From: an uncultured delta proteobacterium
GTDB taxonomy: Bacteria; Desulfobacterota; Binatia; Binatales; Binataceae
NCBI GenBank assembly: GCA_963805315.1
Contig: CAWDTQ010000010.1
Span: forward strand, 154,937-218,936
DNA length: 64,000 bases
Direction of reading: 5' to 3'
Shown here: positions 37,469 through 48,015 of the stretch, piece after piece
How positions within the stretch are numbered: position 1 is the stretch's first letter
How the letters are laid out: each line of letters starts with the position of its first letter
The notes under the pieces: model-generated
Told to the model about the DNA's origin: nothing
What the model saw: only the letters and a program-made list of their open reading frames with translations
Databases searched by the model: none
Made by a program: the position numbers and the translations under genes

Positions 37469-38421
37469 TCAGTCGGTCATCGCGCCGCCTGAATCTTCAG
37501 TCTTGAGATGAAGCTGGTAGTCGCTGCGGAATTTACCGTGGACCCGCGCCAGGCGTTCCATCTCGCTGATCACGCTCGAGAAATCCTCGTCGCCATTGAC
37601 CGCCGTACGGGCGGCGTTGACCTGATGCGCGGCTGCGGTTGCCGGCATCGGCACGCCGAGTTCGGCTCGCTTTGTCGAGAATCAATCTGAAGTCCTTGTT
37701 CATGAGTTTCAGCGGGAATTGCGGCGAGTAGTCATCGTGCTCGGCGCGAAGCAGCTTGTTCTGGTGTGCGCGCGATACCACTGCGGTCTTCGCAAGTACT
37801 TCCAGCAGGAGTTCGCGATTGAGTCCCGCTTTTTCTCCAAAGGCGACTGCCTCCGCGATCGCCTGCATGTTCACACCGAGCAAAGCGTTGACCACGAGCT
37901 TCATCGAGGTCCCGGAGCCGCTCGGCCCCAGGTGGAAATACTGCTTCGCGATTGCGGAAAAGATTGGTTGGCAGGCTTCGAACACGTTCGCGTCCCCGCC
38001 GCAGAGGAGAGTCAAGATGCCCTGCTCTGCCGCAGGCGTACTGCCGGAAATTGCGACATCCAGGACTTCGATCTTGCGCTCTAACCCCATCCGATGCAGC
38101 AATCGCGACGTATCCGGCGAGACGGTGCTCATCTCGATCACGACGGTTCCGGGGTTCGCGCAGGCAAGAACTCCTTCCGGACCCTGATAAACGCTCAGAA
38201 CCGCTTCGTCATTGGGCAGGCACGAGATGATAACATCCGATTTCCTGGCGAGCTGGCGAACACTGGGCGCGGGCACCGCGCCGCGCAACGAGCGCTGCCG
38301 TTTTACGACTCGTGTGGTCGTACGCCAGGAGTTTGAAGCCATTATTAAGAAGTCTGCGCGCCATGCGCTGTCCCATCGCGCCAAGCCCGATGAATCCAAT
38401 CGTGGAATTTTGCGAAATCAT
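37469..38421 (-). CDS. NAD(P)-dependent oxidoreductase, 3-hydroxyisobutyrate dehydrogenase family (frameshifted)
   Basis: IGFIGLGAMG, EMSTVSP, GSGTSMKLVVN and FPLKLMNKD motifs. Confidence 0.88.
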
Positions 38422-38435
38422 TGTCCTGATGCCCC

Positions 38436-38630
38436 CTAGAGGATTCCGAAAGCGACCAACATCGAAATAGTTGTCGCGCTCATAAGGGCCAGCCCAATCA
38501 ACGCCAGAGCGAGAGCGGCCGTGTCCTCGTCGTAGGAGCCATACGGAATCGCCCGCGGGTGAACTACTTTCGTCTCGTGAGGCGTAACCTTGGTGAAATG
38601 CCTGTAAATTTCGGCTTATTTCGGTTCCAT
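38436..38630 (-). other. Possible small membrane protein leading the operon, with in-frame TAA at codon 5
   Basis: MEPK*AEIYRHF...DTAALALALIGLALMSATTISMLVAFGIL*; RBS-like AGAGG upstream; stop lies 15 bp before the next ATG. Confidence 0.35.
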
Positions 38631-38759
38631 TTTCTTCAACCTCTCAACTAAAGGGCGTGAAAAGTCATCGCACGATTCGCGTGCTGCTCGATCTCACTTG
38701 CGTTCAACGAACTGGTTTCTCGAATCCACCAAGGCCGGCGGGCGGCAGTTCCCAGCACC

Positions 38760-39102
38760 GCCAGCGCGAACTTTGGCGAAAGACCTGCGCAAAGCGGAGC
38801 AGCACGGCGCAGAGCTTGGGTTGTCGGAGGATGAGCGCGCCTTTTACGATGCGCTCGAAGTGAACGACACCGCCGTCCAGGTGCTCGGCGACGATACGCT
38901 CAAAACGATCGCGCGGGAGCTGGTTGATACGGTGCGGCGCAACGCCAGCATCGATTGGACGATCCGCGAAAACCTTCGCGCAAAGCTGCGCGTGGCCGTA
39001 AAGCGGATCCTGCGCCAATACGGATATCCGCCGGATATGCAAGAGAAGGCAACGCGGACGGTGATCGAGCAGGCGGAATTAATCTGCGCCGACGCGGCAT
39101 AG
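38760..39102 (+). pseudogene. hsdR: C-terminal (DUF3387) remnant of type I restriction subunit HsdR
   Basis: [15 protein letters not shown]...[41 protein letters not shown]; no helicase part upstream. Confidence 0.8.
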
Positions 39103-39335
39103 CCATCCTTTCGTTCCGTACACGGTCGCTTCGCGCTCTGGCTGTCGCCTAGTGTTCCGATCAGTCGCAACACCAAAGTCCCCTCCGAAAAATCGAAACA
39201 GAGGGAATTGGGCCAAATGCCCACCGTACATCTCGATTCGACCTTTCTCTGCGGGACTTCGCGCTCAGAGAACGCCGTGCACGCAGCCTTTTCACGACCG
39301 AGGGCCCGGTTTTCTCTGCATCGGCGACTCGGGTG

Positions 39336-39422
39336 CGGAGGGGGTGGGATTCGAACCCACGAGGGACTTTCATCCCTGCCGGTTTTCAAGACCGGTGCCT
39401 TCAACCACTCGGCCACCCCTCC
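39336..39422 (-). tRNA. tRNA-Ser (anticodon UGA)
   Basis: GGAGGGGTGGCCGAGTGGTTGAAGGCACCGGTC-TTGAAA-ACCGG, long variable arm, GGTTCGAATCC and acceptor CCCCTCCG. It is followed by CA rather than CCA, possibly a dropped base. Confidence 0.96.
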
Positions 39423-39978
39423 AAGCCTTCGATTCTATTAGTTTTTCGACCACTCTCCTATTACAACTTGAGCCTCTACTGCTGCGCAATTGCTACCGCT
39501 ATGGCAACGGGTTTGGTGGTCGTCCATTCGCCGGTCGTAGAGGATTTGGCGGTGATCATGAGTTTGGTGGCGGCGGCGGATTCACACAGTATGCGTTTGC
39601 CGGGCGAAGGCGCGACACTCCCAACCAGGTCCAAGTAGTGACTCGACGTTTCCGTGCCTGCGCGAAACTGGTCACTGCAACATTTCTCGAATCTGTCGGC
39701 ACCTATTGCACGCGTCGCACTCTCGGCACGTCGCCGAGATTTGGATGTTACTCACAATTCCGGCTCGCGCTATTAACGAAACAGCCCCTCGCTAGCGATG
39801 CCGGTTGCATGAAGTGACGTTACCTCCTGGGGGACAATCAGTCACAAGTCATAACACGCGATCTCAACATAGGGCGATGCGGTTGGGGCGACTCGATACG
39901 ACCGCTTGACTTCATCCGAGGGCAGTGGTTGGCTTCCGTTTGTGCTCCAGAACTGGTCAGTTGGAGCAGGTATTACGG

Positions 39979-40335
39979 ATGCGCACAGAGAGAAGTCACA
40001 TGCGCCGCTTCCTGCCCTTAGTGCTGGCGGCGTTGTTCTGTACTATTACAGTTTCGCAACTCACCAGACCGCTCTCGGCCCTGACGCTAAGCAGCGCCCC
40101 GCGACTGGCAAATGGTTACCAGAGGTTTACGCGCTACCCGGTCAAAGAGGTCGGCAACAAGCCTATCGACATTGCCGCAACGAGCGGCTACTTGACCTCT
40201 TCTCTATTGGTCGTGGCGCTCAAACGAGACCTTGCGGCCACGAGCGTGCCCGACAAGGCCGATGTGACCGAATGGCCCTCTAAGTTTCTCTTTCATCGAC
40301 GAACACCACCGCGATCGTCCGACGACACCAACTAG
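39979..40335 (+). CDS. Hypothetical protein with signal-like N-terminus
   Basis: MRRFLPLVLAALFC...; no family recognised. Confidence 0.35.
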   Translation: MRTERSHMRRFLPLVLAALFCTITVSQLTRPLSALTLSSAPRLANGYQRFTRYPVKEVGNKPIDIAATSGYLTSSLLVVALKRDLAATSVPDKADVTEWPSKFLFHRRTPPRSSDDTN

Positions 40336-40667
40336 CTTCTTCAACATATTCCCTGGAATTCGCGCTCACGTCGCGATTGAACATCTTTCGCCGATGAAAG
40401 AGTTGGCGACGGGTGCGCACGAGCGATTTCGAGCGGGAAGGCGGACGTCTCGTGCAAACGTCCTGATAGGCGAGCACGGCCTGCCCGATATGGACGTTTC
40501 GACGGCATAAATCGGTTGCATAACGTGACAATCTCGCCGACTCAGAGCATAGGTCACGCGGTGAGGTTGACGAGCCTGTGGAGAAATCAAGATCGGGTGA
40601 GTCTGCATCCTACATCGCTTCGGGACGCGGAAGGGAACGATCGACGCTTCCAGGAAGGAGAATCGCT

Positions 40668-40928
40668 ATGAAATGCGTTCTATGCGCCAAGACATCGATC
40701 GAGGTTGATATTGATCCCCTTCCTCTGAGCCCCGAGGCCCGAGAGATGCTCCAGGAGCAATCCGGGCTCAACCCCGATGAAGCTTTAGCCAATCATGCCA
40801 TCTGCCGTGAGTGCTTGGCTCTTCCGTTTGCTGAGCGAAACAAGCTGGCTGAAAAGGCGATTGAAAGAGGACGGGGCGAAGATTTGTGCGATCTGATTAC
40901 AGATGCTCTCAGAAATAGGCAGAATTGA
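40668..40928 (+). CDS. Small CxxC...CxxC (zinc-binding) hypothetical protein
   Basis: AGGAG RBS; CVLC and CREC motifs; 86 aa. Confidence 0.6.
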   Translation: MKCVLCAKTSIEVDIDPLPLSPEAREMLQEQSGLNPDEALANHAICRECLALPFAERNKLAEKAIERGRGEDLCDLITDALRNRQN

Positions 40929-41143
40929 AACCAGCACACTTCCCGAAACAGCTATCCGCCGGTACTGATGCGCGAGGACAACGCTTGGCACATAGTTGCT
41001 TCACTCTTGACAAAATTCGAAAGGGAGCGCCTCCTATCGCTCACGTCTGTGTGCATGCGCAAAACCCACCGCAACCCGCGAAATAATCGTACGTCTCAGT
41101 GCCAATTTCTACTGCTTTACCCCTGACGAGGCGGGAAGCGTCG

Positions 41144-41310
41144 TCAAGCCGACCCCGTCGTCGAAATCGTCGAAGCCGTGTGGTGTAACACGAGCACGGG
41201 ACAATGAGCTTCGCGAATGACATGCTCTGTGACGCTGCCCAGAACGAAATGCTCAAAGCCGGTGCGTCCGTGGGTAACCATTACGATCAAATCTACTCCG
41301 AGTCTCGTGA
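41144..41310 (-). pseudogene. C-terminal remnant of a universal stress protein (UspA)
   Basis: [36 protein letters not shown]; the N-terminal part is absent. Confidence 0.78.
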
Positions 41311-41534
41311 GCGGCCCGCACGATATCGGTATCAGGCACACCTGTTCTGACATCGATAACATATTGCCCTTCAGCCTTGAGGGTGTTGGGACTATCAGTT
41401 CCAGCTTGGCTCTAGCTTCAATCTACTTATGAAGAGAAGTTCAGAAGCCGCGGAAGAGGGATAGAATCGCGGCCTTAACGCTGTCGCGCGCTAGAATTCC
41501 AGTAGCGATCTACCCGTCGCTCTGTCAGCGGCTG

Positions 41535-41735
41535 CCTTGGTGACGGAGAACCCGTACCTTTGATGCCGAGCCGCGCTGGGAGATACAAAGTGCCAAGCGG
41601 TTCTGTCGAATTATGGATGACGAGTCGTTAATCGAGCGGACGAGACAACGGGTCGAGCCGGCGATTCCGAAGGATCGAATTTTCTACACGCTCAGCCGAA
41701 GCCATGAAGGTTATTACGTATCGTTGATATTTGCT
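41535..41735 (+). pseudogene. Degenerate N-terminal fragment of a sugar-phosphate nucleotidyltransferase (mannose-1-P guanylyltransferase like)
   Basis: KRFCRIMDDESLIERTRQRVEPAIPKDRIFYTLSRSHEGYY resembles PKQFC...LLEQT.RR....I...I.....H..YY. Confidence 0.5.
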
Positions 41736-41829
41736 CCTGCCCGTTGCGACGCTGGCCGCGCACCCGGTGCTGGTGAGATAGTTAGATTGATCATCTAATT
41801 GACTTGGCATCGATTAATCCGGCTGATTC

Positions 41830-44247
41830 ATGTCCGATCCAACTTCGAAGCCTCCTTTGACGGTCGAGTCCAAGTCTGGAGCAGCGTCATCGGCGGAAGT
41901 CGGTTCGCCTGATAAGACAGCCGGCAATTTGACCGATGGCTCTCTGAGCGGCCTTACCAGCGGCGCGGCCGCCGTCCGGCTTAAGAAGTTCGGCCCCAAC
42001 GCGGTGCCCGACACCTCGGCGCATCCGTTGCGTTCGGCCTTGAGTAAATTCTGGACGCCCGTTCCATGGATGCTAGAGGCTGCGATCGTGCTCGAGCTGG
42101 CGCTGGGCAAGTACGTCGAGGCGTCGGTCATTGCGGGCCTGCTGGTGTTCAACGCCGCGCTCGGGTTCTTCCAGGAGTCGCGCGCGCAGGCGACTCTTGC
42201 CGCGCTGAAGTCGCGCCTCGCGCTGAACGCGTCGGTCAAGCGCGACGGCGTCTGGAAGATTGTGCCTGCGGTCGGCTTGGCGCCGGGCGACATCGTGAAG
42301 CTTTCTCTTGGCGCCGTGGTGGCTGCCGACGTTCGCGTACTCGAGGGTTCAGTTTTGCTCGACCAGTCCATGCTTACCGGCGAATCCATACCCATAGAAG
42401 GTGGTCCGGGCACGCAGACCTATGCCGGCGCGCTAGTGCGGCGCGGTGAGGCGGTTGCGGAGGTCACGGCGACCGGAACGCGCACCAAGTTCGGACGCAC
42501 CGCCGAGCTGGTCCGCACCGCTCACGTCACTAGTTCGGAGCAGAACGCTGTTCTTACCGTCGTGCGCAATCTCGCGTTCTTTAACAGCGGGGTCATTGTC
42601 TTACTGGTAGCGTACGCCTACCGGCTGGCGATGCCGCTTGCTGAGATCATCCCGCTGGTGCTGACCGCGATCCTCGCCTCGATCCCCGTCGCGTTGCCTG
42701 CAACCTTTACCGTCGCGGCCGCGCTGGGCGCACGCGCACTGGCGCGCCTGGGCGTGCTTCCGACTCGGCTCTCGGCCGTGGATGAGGCCGCAACTATCGA
42801 CGTCCTGTGCGCCGACAAGACCGGCACGCTGACGCGCAACGAACTGCAGGTCACCGCGGTCCGTCCCGCGCCGGGCTTTGACGAAGCCGGCTTGCTGGGA
42901 CTCGCGTCGGTAGCGAGTGCGGACGGCGGGCAGGACCCGGTCGATGCGGCCATTCGCGCCGCGGCCTTGAACAAGGTTGCCGCCAAGCTGCCGAAGCTGA
43001 TCAAGTTCGTCCCCTTCGATCCCGCGAAGAAAACCTCCGAGGCAGCTGCCATGGATCCGGACGGGGGTGGCACAGTGCGGATCGTAAAGGGTGCGTATGC
43101 CGCAGTGGTTGGCCTCGCCGCAGCGTTACCGGAGTTGTCGGAGGCGGCCAACGAGTTGCAGCAGAAGGGTTTCAGGCTGCTCGCCGTCGCAACCGGTACT
43201 GCGGCGTCGATGCGCTTGGCGGGACTCATCGCGCTGAGCGATCCGCCGCGCGCTGACTCTGCCGCATTGGTTGCGGAGATGCGCACCTTGGGTGTGCGCA
43301 CCGTGATGGTGACCGGCGACGCGCCTGCGACGGCTGCAATCGTAGCGCGTGCAGTGGGACTCGACGGAGCCGTCTGCCCGCCGGGGCCGATTGGGGACGC
43401 GGTGACGCCCGAACAATTCGCCGTCTTTGCCGGCGTGCTGCCTGAGGACAAGTACAAACTCGTGAAAGCGTTCCAGAAGGGCGGCCACAATGTCGCGATG
43501 TGCGGCGACGGCGCCAACGACGCGCCCGCCTTGCGCCAGGCGCAAATGGGAGTCGCCGTGTCGACTGCAACCGACGTTGCCAAGTCCGCGGCCGGCATAG
43601 TGCTTACCGAGCCGGGACTCAGCGGGATCGTGGCCTCGGTCAAGGAAGGCCGCATGACCTTTCAGCGCATCCTGACCTACACGCTAAGCTCGGTTACCAA
43701 AAAAATCGTACAGGTAATGTTCGTGGCGGTTGGCCTTGTCATCACGGGACACGCGATCCTGACCCCGATGCTGATGGTGCTCATTATGATCACCGGCGAC
43801 TTCCTCGGCATGTCGTTGACGACCGACAACGTCAGTCCCTCGGCGCTGTCCAATGTGTGGCGCATCGGCCACGTGACAATCTTGGGAATCTTCATGGGAG
43901 TCAGCGAGCTGGCCTTTTGCACGGCGGTTTTGATGGTCGGCAAATTCAGGCTGGGGCTTGGGATCGGCGAGCTGCAAACTCTGTCTTTGCTTGCCGTGGT
44001 GTTCGGCAATGAAGCCTCGCTCTACGCCCTCCGCGCCCGCCAAAGCCTGTGGTCCACGCCCAGCGGCTGGCTCGTTCTTTCTTCCGTGGCGGATGTTCTT
44101 ATCGCTTCGACGTTGGCTGTGCGTGGGATCGCAATGACGCCTTCGCCCGTAATCCTTGTGGTCGGAACGCTGCTCGGGGCAGTTGCCTTCGCATTTGTCG
44201 CAGATATCGCAAAATTCCCGATATTGAATCGCCTCAAGATTGCTTAG
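41830..44247 (+). CDS. P-type ATPase, plasma-membrane H+-efflux (P3A) type
   Basis: KFWTPVPWMLE, DQSMLTGES, IPVALPAT, DKTGTLT, PFDP and GDGANDAPAL motifs; intact 805 aa. Confidence 0.88.
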   Translation: MSDPTSKPPLTVESKSGAASSAEVGSPDKTAGNLTDGSLSGLTSGAAAVRLKKFGPNAVPDTSAHPLRSALSKFWTPVPWMLEAAIVLELALGKYVEASVIAGLLVFNAALGFFQESRAQATLAALKSRLALNASVKRDGVWKIVPAVGLAPGDIVKLSLGAVVAADVRVLEGSVLLDQSMLTGESIPIEGGPGTQTYAGALVRRGEAVAEVTATGTRTKFGRTAELVRTAHVTSSEQNAVLTVVRNLAFFNSGVIVLLVAYAYRLAMPLAEIIPLVLTAILASIPVALPATFTVAAALGARALARLGVLPTRLSAVDEAATIDVLCADKTGTLTRNELQVTAVRPAPGFDEAGLLGLASVASADGGQDPVDAAIRAAALNKVAAKLPKLIKFVPFDPAKKTSEAAAMDPDGGGTVRIVKGAYAAVVGLAAALPELSEAANELQQKGFRLLAVATGTAASMRLAGLIALSDPPRADSAALVAEMRTLGVRTVMVTGDAPATAAIVARAVGLDGAVCPPGPIGDAVTPEQFAVFAGVLPEDKYKLVKAFQKGGHNVAMCGDGANDAPALRQAQMGVAVSTATDVAKSAAGIVLTEPGLSGIVASVKEGRMTFQRILTYTLSSVTKKIVQVMFVAVGLVITGHAILTPMLMVLIMITGDFLGMSLTTDNVSPSALSNVWRIGHVTILGIFMGVSELAFCTAVLMVGKFRLGLGIGELQTLSLLAVVFGNEASLYALRARQSLWSTPSGWLVLSSVADVLIASTLAVRGIAMTPSPVILVVGTLLGAVAFAFVADIAKFPILNRLKIA

Positions 44248-44287
44248 AAACGTGGCCAAGCATCGGCGGTACAAGCTCTCAATGCCG

Positions 44288-44719
44288 TCATGCAGTCCTT
44301 CCAATCGAGACGCGGCGGCTTAGTCGAACGACATTGCGGCCGTCGCGCCGGCTGTAGTGCGCTTCGTCTGCAAGTTCGCGGATCATGTGCAGGCCCAGTC
44401 CCCCGACCGGCCTGCTATCGAGCCGCTCACTGAGATCGGGCGCCACCCTGTCCAAAGGATTGAACGCCTGGCCGTCGTCGCCGAACTCGATCGTCAGCCT
44501 GTCTCCCTCCAACTCGAGCATAACTTCGGCGATGCCCTTCGGCCTGGGTTGGTTGGGATATCCGTACCGTGACAGATTTGTAAGCAGCTCCTCGAGCACG
44601 ATAAGCATCCGCGCCCGGTCGTCCTCCGCGAGACCTTGTTCGGCCGCAAAGGTATTCACGAAGCTTTCCAGCTCGCGCATCGCGCCGTTGTGGACGCGGA
44701 CAGTCAGATGAGCGCGCAT
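44288..44719 (-). CDS. Anti-sigma factor / Ser kinase (RsbW-like)
   Basis: LEELLTN, DDGQAFNP and GGLGLHMIR motifs. Confidence 0.88.
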   Translation of the reverse strand: MRAHLTVRVHNGAMRELESFVNTFAAEQGLAEDDRARMLIVLEELLTNLSRYGYPNQPRPKGIAEVMLELEGDRLTIEFGDDGQAFNPLDRVAPDLSERLDSRPVGGLGLHMIRELADEAHYSRRDGRNVVRLSRRVSIGRTA

Positions 44720-44821
44720 CGGCAGATTCTAGCGCGCCGAGTCACGTTTGTCGCGCTGGCTTCCACGCCGGTGGCGCGCTAGGTTGCTCGGCAGAATATG
44801 GTGATTGATCGGGGGCATAAC

Positions 44822-45292
44822 ATGAAAGCCATCGCTCACAGTTGTCGCTCGACTGCAAGTGCGTGTCTCGGCATCCTCTTGATGCTGAGTTTCGCTTCCG
44901 TGGCGACCGCGCAGAGTCCACAGATTGCGCAAGTCAAGACGGTCTCCGGACAAGTGTCTATCCAGCGCGGCGGCGCAATCGTGCCGGTCAAGGTTGGAGA
45001 CCCTCTGTTCGAGAAAGACGTGATCGACACCGGCGCTGACGGCGCGATCGGGGTCACCTTCATCGACAACACCGTGATGTCTGCCGGCCCGAACAGCGAG
45101 ATGGCGCTCGAACAATACCGGTTCGATTCGAATAATTTTAAGGGCTCGATGCTGACCGACATGCGCAAGGGCACGCTCGACATGGTATCGGGCGATATCG
45201 CGAAGAGTTCGCCGACGGCGATGAAAGTCAGGACGCCGGCGGCGATCCTTGGCGTGCGCGGCACACATTTCGCCGTCGAAGTGCCCGACTAG
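44822..45292 (+). CDS. Secreted FecR-domain protein
   Basis: Signal peptide, DVIDTGADGAIGVTFIDNT and VRTPAAILGVRGTHF motifs. Confidence 0.88.
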   Translation: MKAIAHSCRSTASACLGILLMLSFASVATAQSPQIAQVKTVSGQVSIQRGGAIVPVKVGDPLFEKDVIDTGADGAIGVTFIDNTVMSAGPNSEMALEQYRFDSNNFKGSMLTDMRKGTLDMVSGDIAKSSPTAMKVRTPAAILGVRGTHFAVEVPD

Positions 45293-45297
45293 TCATC

Positions 45298-45885
45298 GTG
45301 CGACGCTCCTATCCATTGCTGCTGATGTTCTTTGCGCTTGGGTGCGCGCAACGCCAGGCGCTCTTTGTCGTCCTGCCGAATGCGGACGGCACTGCGGGCG
45401 CGATCACGGTGAGCGATAATCAGAAATCCGTGGTGCTGGATAAGCCTTACGCCCAGAGCGAGGAAAAAAGCGGCAGCGTGTCGGCAGCCACCGCGACCGA
45501 TGCGCAGCACGTGCAGCAGGTTTTCGGCAACGCTCTCGCAGCCGAGCCCATTCTGCCGGCGCATTTTCGGCTCTACTTCCTGAAGGACACTGACTCACTG
45601 ACGGCGGAGTCCGAGCAGCAGTATCGCGCGGTGTTCGATGACATCAAGCGGCGTCCGGTGTACCAGGTCGAAGTTATAGGATACACCGACACGCTCGGCA
45701 CGCCCGCACACAATCAGCAACTCTCGATGAAGCGCGCGGAGGCGATTCGCGACCGGCTGGTCCGTGACGGACTCAGCGCCAATTCGATTTCCGTCGCCGG
45801 TCGCGGCGAACTGGACCCTGCTGTGCCGACTGCTCCGCAGGTTGCCGAGCCGCGCAATCGCAGAGTCGAGATCACTGTCCGCTGA
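45298..45885 (+). CDS. OmpA-family (peptidoglycan-binding) lipoprotein
   Basis: Lipobox ALGC; GYTD..G..HNQQLSMKRA and NRRVEI motifs. Confidence 0.9.
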   Translation: MRRSYPLLLMFFALGCAQRQALFVVLPNADGTAGAITVSDNQKSVVLDKPYAQSEEKSGSVSAATATDAQHVQQVFGNALAAEPILPAHFRLYFLKDTDSLTAESEQQYRAVFDDIKRRPVYQVEVIGYTDTLGTPAHNQQLSMKRAEAIRDRLVRDGLSANSISVAGRGELDPAVPTAPQVAEPRNRRVEITVR

Positions 45886-48002
45886 CTAGCTCGACGCAGG
45901 CTCCGCGCCCGTCCAACGCACGGCAAGCAAGGTGATGTCGTCGGCCTGCTCGGCGTCGGCGGCAAATCGACGGACATCTTCATGCACGAGTTCTACCAAC
46001 GCTTTGGCGCTGGCGGTTGGCGCCGACTGGAGCAGAAGCCCGAGCCGCGCTTCCGTATAAAACGCGTCGTTGCGATCTTCGGCCTCGGTCACGCCGTCGG
46101 TATAGAGCAGAATCAAATCGCCCGGCGTGAGCTGATGGCGTTCGACAGCGTACGGAAAGTCGTCGACCGTACCGAGCGGCGGCCCGCCTTCGCCGGCGAG
46201 TTCGTTCGCCTTCGCACCCGTGCGGATGAGGAAAGGCGAGTCGTGGCCCGCGTTCACGCAGGCGAGCATCCCCGAGGCGAGATTCAGGATTCCGGCGAAG
46301 ACGGTCACGAACATCATGTCCCCTCCGGCGGCGGCCATGTCGCCGCTCGAGGCGGAAATCCTGGCGTTGGCCTCAGTGAACGCTTTTGCGAGGTCTTCGT
46401 CATTCCGCGCGAGCGCGTCACGCAGGACTTCCTTGGTCATCGCCATGAATAGCGCCGCCGGAACGCCCTTGCCCGACACGTCGGCGATCGCGAAGAAGAG
46501 CCGCCCGGAGTCGAGGAGGATGAAATCATAGAGGTCGCCACCGACCATTCGCGCCGGTTCGATGAGCGCGTAGACATCGACGTCGCGGTTTTCAGGGGGG
46601 CCGGGAAATCGATGCGGCAGCAGTCCCATCTGGATCGATCGCGCCGCACCGAGTTCGCCTTCGAAGCGAGCTTCAACCTCGCGCTCACGCTGCAAGTCAA
46701 GCTCGGCAGCGCGCAAAGTCGCGGCAAGCATCACGCCAAATGTCGCCAGCGACGCGATGCTCGGACAGAGCGCATCGACGAGCAGGTTGAAGAAGAGAAA
46801 ACATCCGAAGGCGGCGCCGACGAGCAGCACAATCAGGATGACCAACTCCGCGGTGGCGAGTGGAGGCCGACTGTAGGGCAGCGCGAAAATGGCAATCAGG
46901 CCGGCCGCGAGGACCATCACGATCTCTATCCAGTCCAGTTTCGCAGGCCGCCGCAGAAAGTTTCCGTCGATGATGCATTCAATCAACTGCGCGTGGATCT
47001 CAACGCCGGCCATGAGTCCGAGCGGCGTTTGTCGCATGTCGATCAACCCTTGGCCGATTACGCCCAGCAATATGATCCCTCCTCGCAACGTGGCCGGGTC
47101 GTGGGAACCGTCCAGCAGATCCGCCGCGGAGACATAGCGAATCTCATAGGAAGGTGTGAAGTACGGATATACGCGGCCGCGCGCGTCGGTCGGGATGAAG
47201 ACACCGTCCACGCTCCCCCCCTGACACCGTCGTGGGCCGTCAGGATTCCGAGCGCGCCCGCGCCTGTCGTAACGCGGAGCATTTCGAGTGAGAGCGCCGG
47301 CAGCAACTGGCCGTGGCCAACAACGAACAGCGGCAGACGTCGCGTCATGCCGTCCGGGTCCGGACTGTCGAGCACCGCGGCTTGTCCGCGCGCGGCGGCG
47401 GTCAGTTCGGGCAAGCTCCGCAGTAAGTAGGGGTATGTAATCAGGAACGGACGCGGGTCGCCGCCGGACTCGCGAATGATAGTGACGCGTGACGGTCCGC
47501 GCGCGGCAGGCTCTGGTTCATCCGAGGAGCCGATTCCGAGCACCGTCGGCACTTGTGAGAATGCTTCGGCGAGCGCGGCCTCATTCGATGGCAAAAGCGA
47601 AAGCTCGTGGGCAAGTGGCGCCGGGAGGTCCGGCCTCGCCTCGACCAACTTCCCGGGTGACACACGATCTGATTCGGCGAAGATGATGTCGACGCCGAGC
47701 ACGTGCGGACGGCCTGCGGCGATCTGCTGGACCAGCTTTGCGACCAGCGTTCGCGGCCACGGCCACTGGCCGTACTTCGACAGGCTCTTCTCGTCGATTG
47801 CCACGATGCGAACCGGCAGCGGATGGTAGGTGCGCGGCGCGATCTGTTGTTCCAGGTCGAAGCCGTGCATGACGAAGGTCTCGAGGAAAGCCGGATTGCG
47901 CGCACGCATCAGAACGAGCAGCCCGAGAATGATCAGAGCCGTCGCACGTCCCGGGGCCCTGAAGATCTCACGCCAGTGTGCGGACGGTCGTCGAGTGGGC
48001 AA
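45886..48002 (-). CDS. CHASE2 - TM - SpoIIE (PP2C) sensor phosphatase (frameshift near 47215)
   Basis: IVAIDEKSL..GQWPWPR and GVEIHAQ (CHASE2); VGGDLYD, ADVSGKG, NAGH, YTDGVTEA and DDITL (PP2C). Confidence 0.9.
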
Positions 48003-48015
48003 CTCAGGCCAGTCC

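Noticed and set aside
38698-39102. Functional restriction-modification defence system
   Set aside because: Only the HsdR C-terminal tail is present; no hsdM, hsdS or helicase domain.
39336-39422. tRNA with TGA read as selenocysteine or suppressor tRNA
   Set aside because: TGA is the anticodon itself and decodes UCA (Ser); tRNA-Sec would have anticodon TCA.
38844-39817. ORFs containing MAEWLKAPVLKTG, AEGVGFEPT and RRGWDSNPR
   Set aside because: These are shadow translations of the tRNA-Ser gene.
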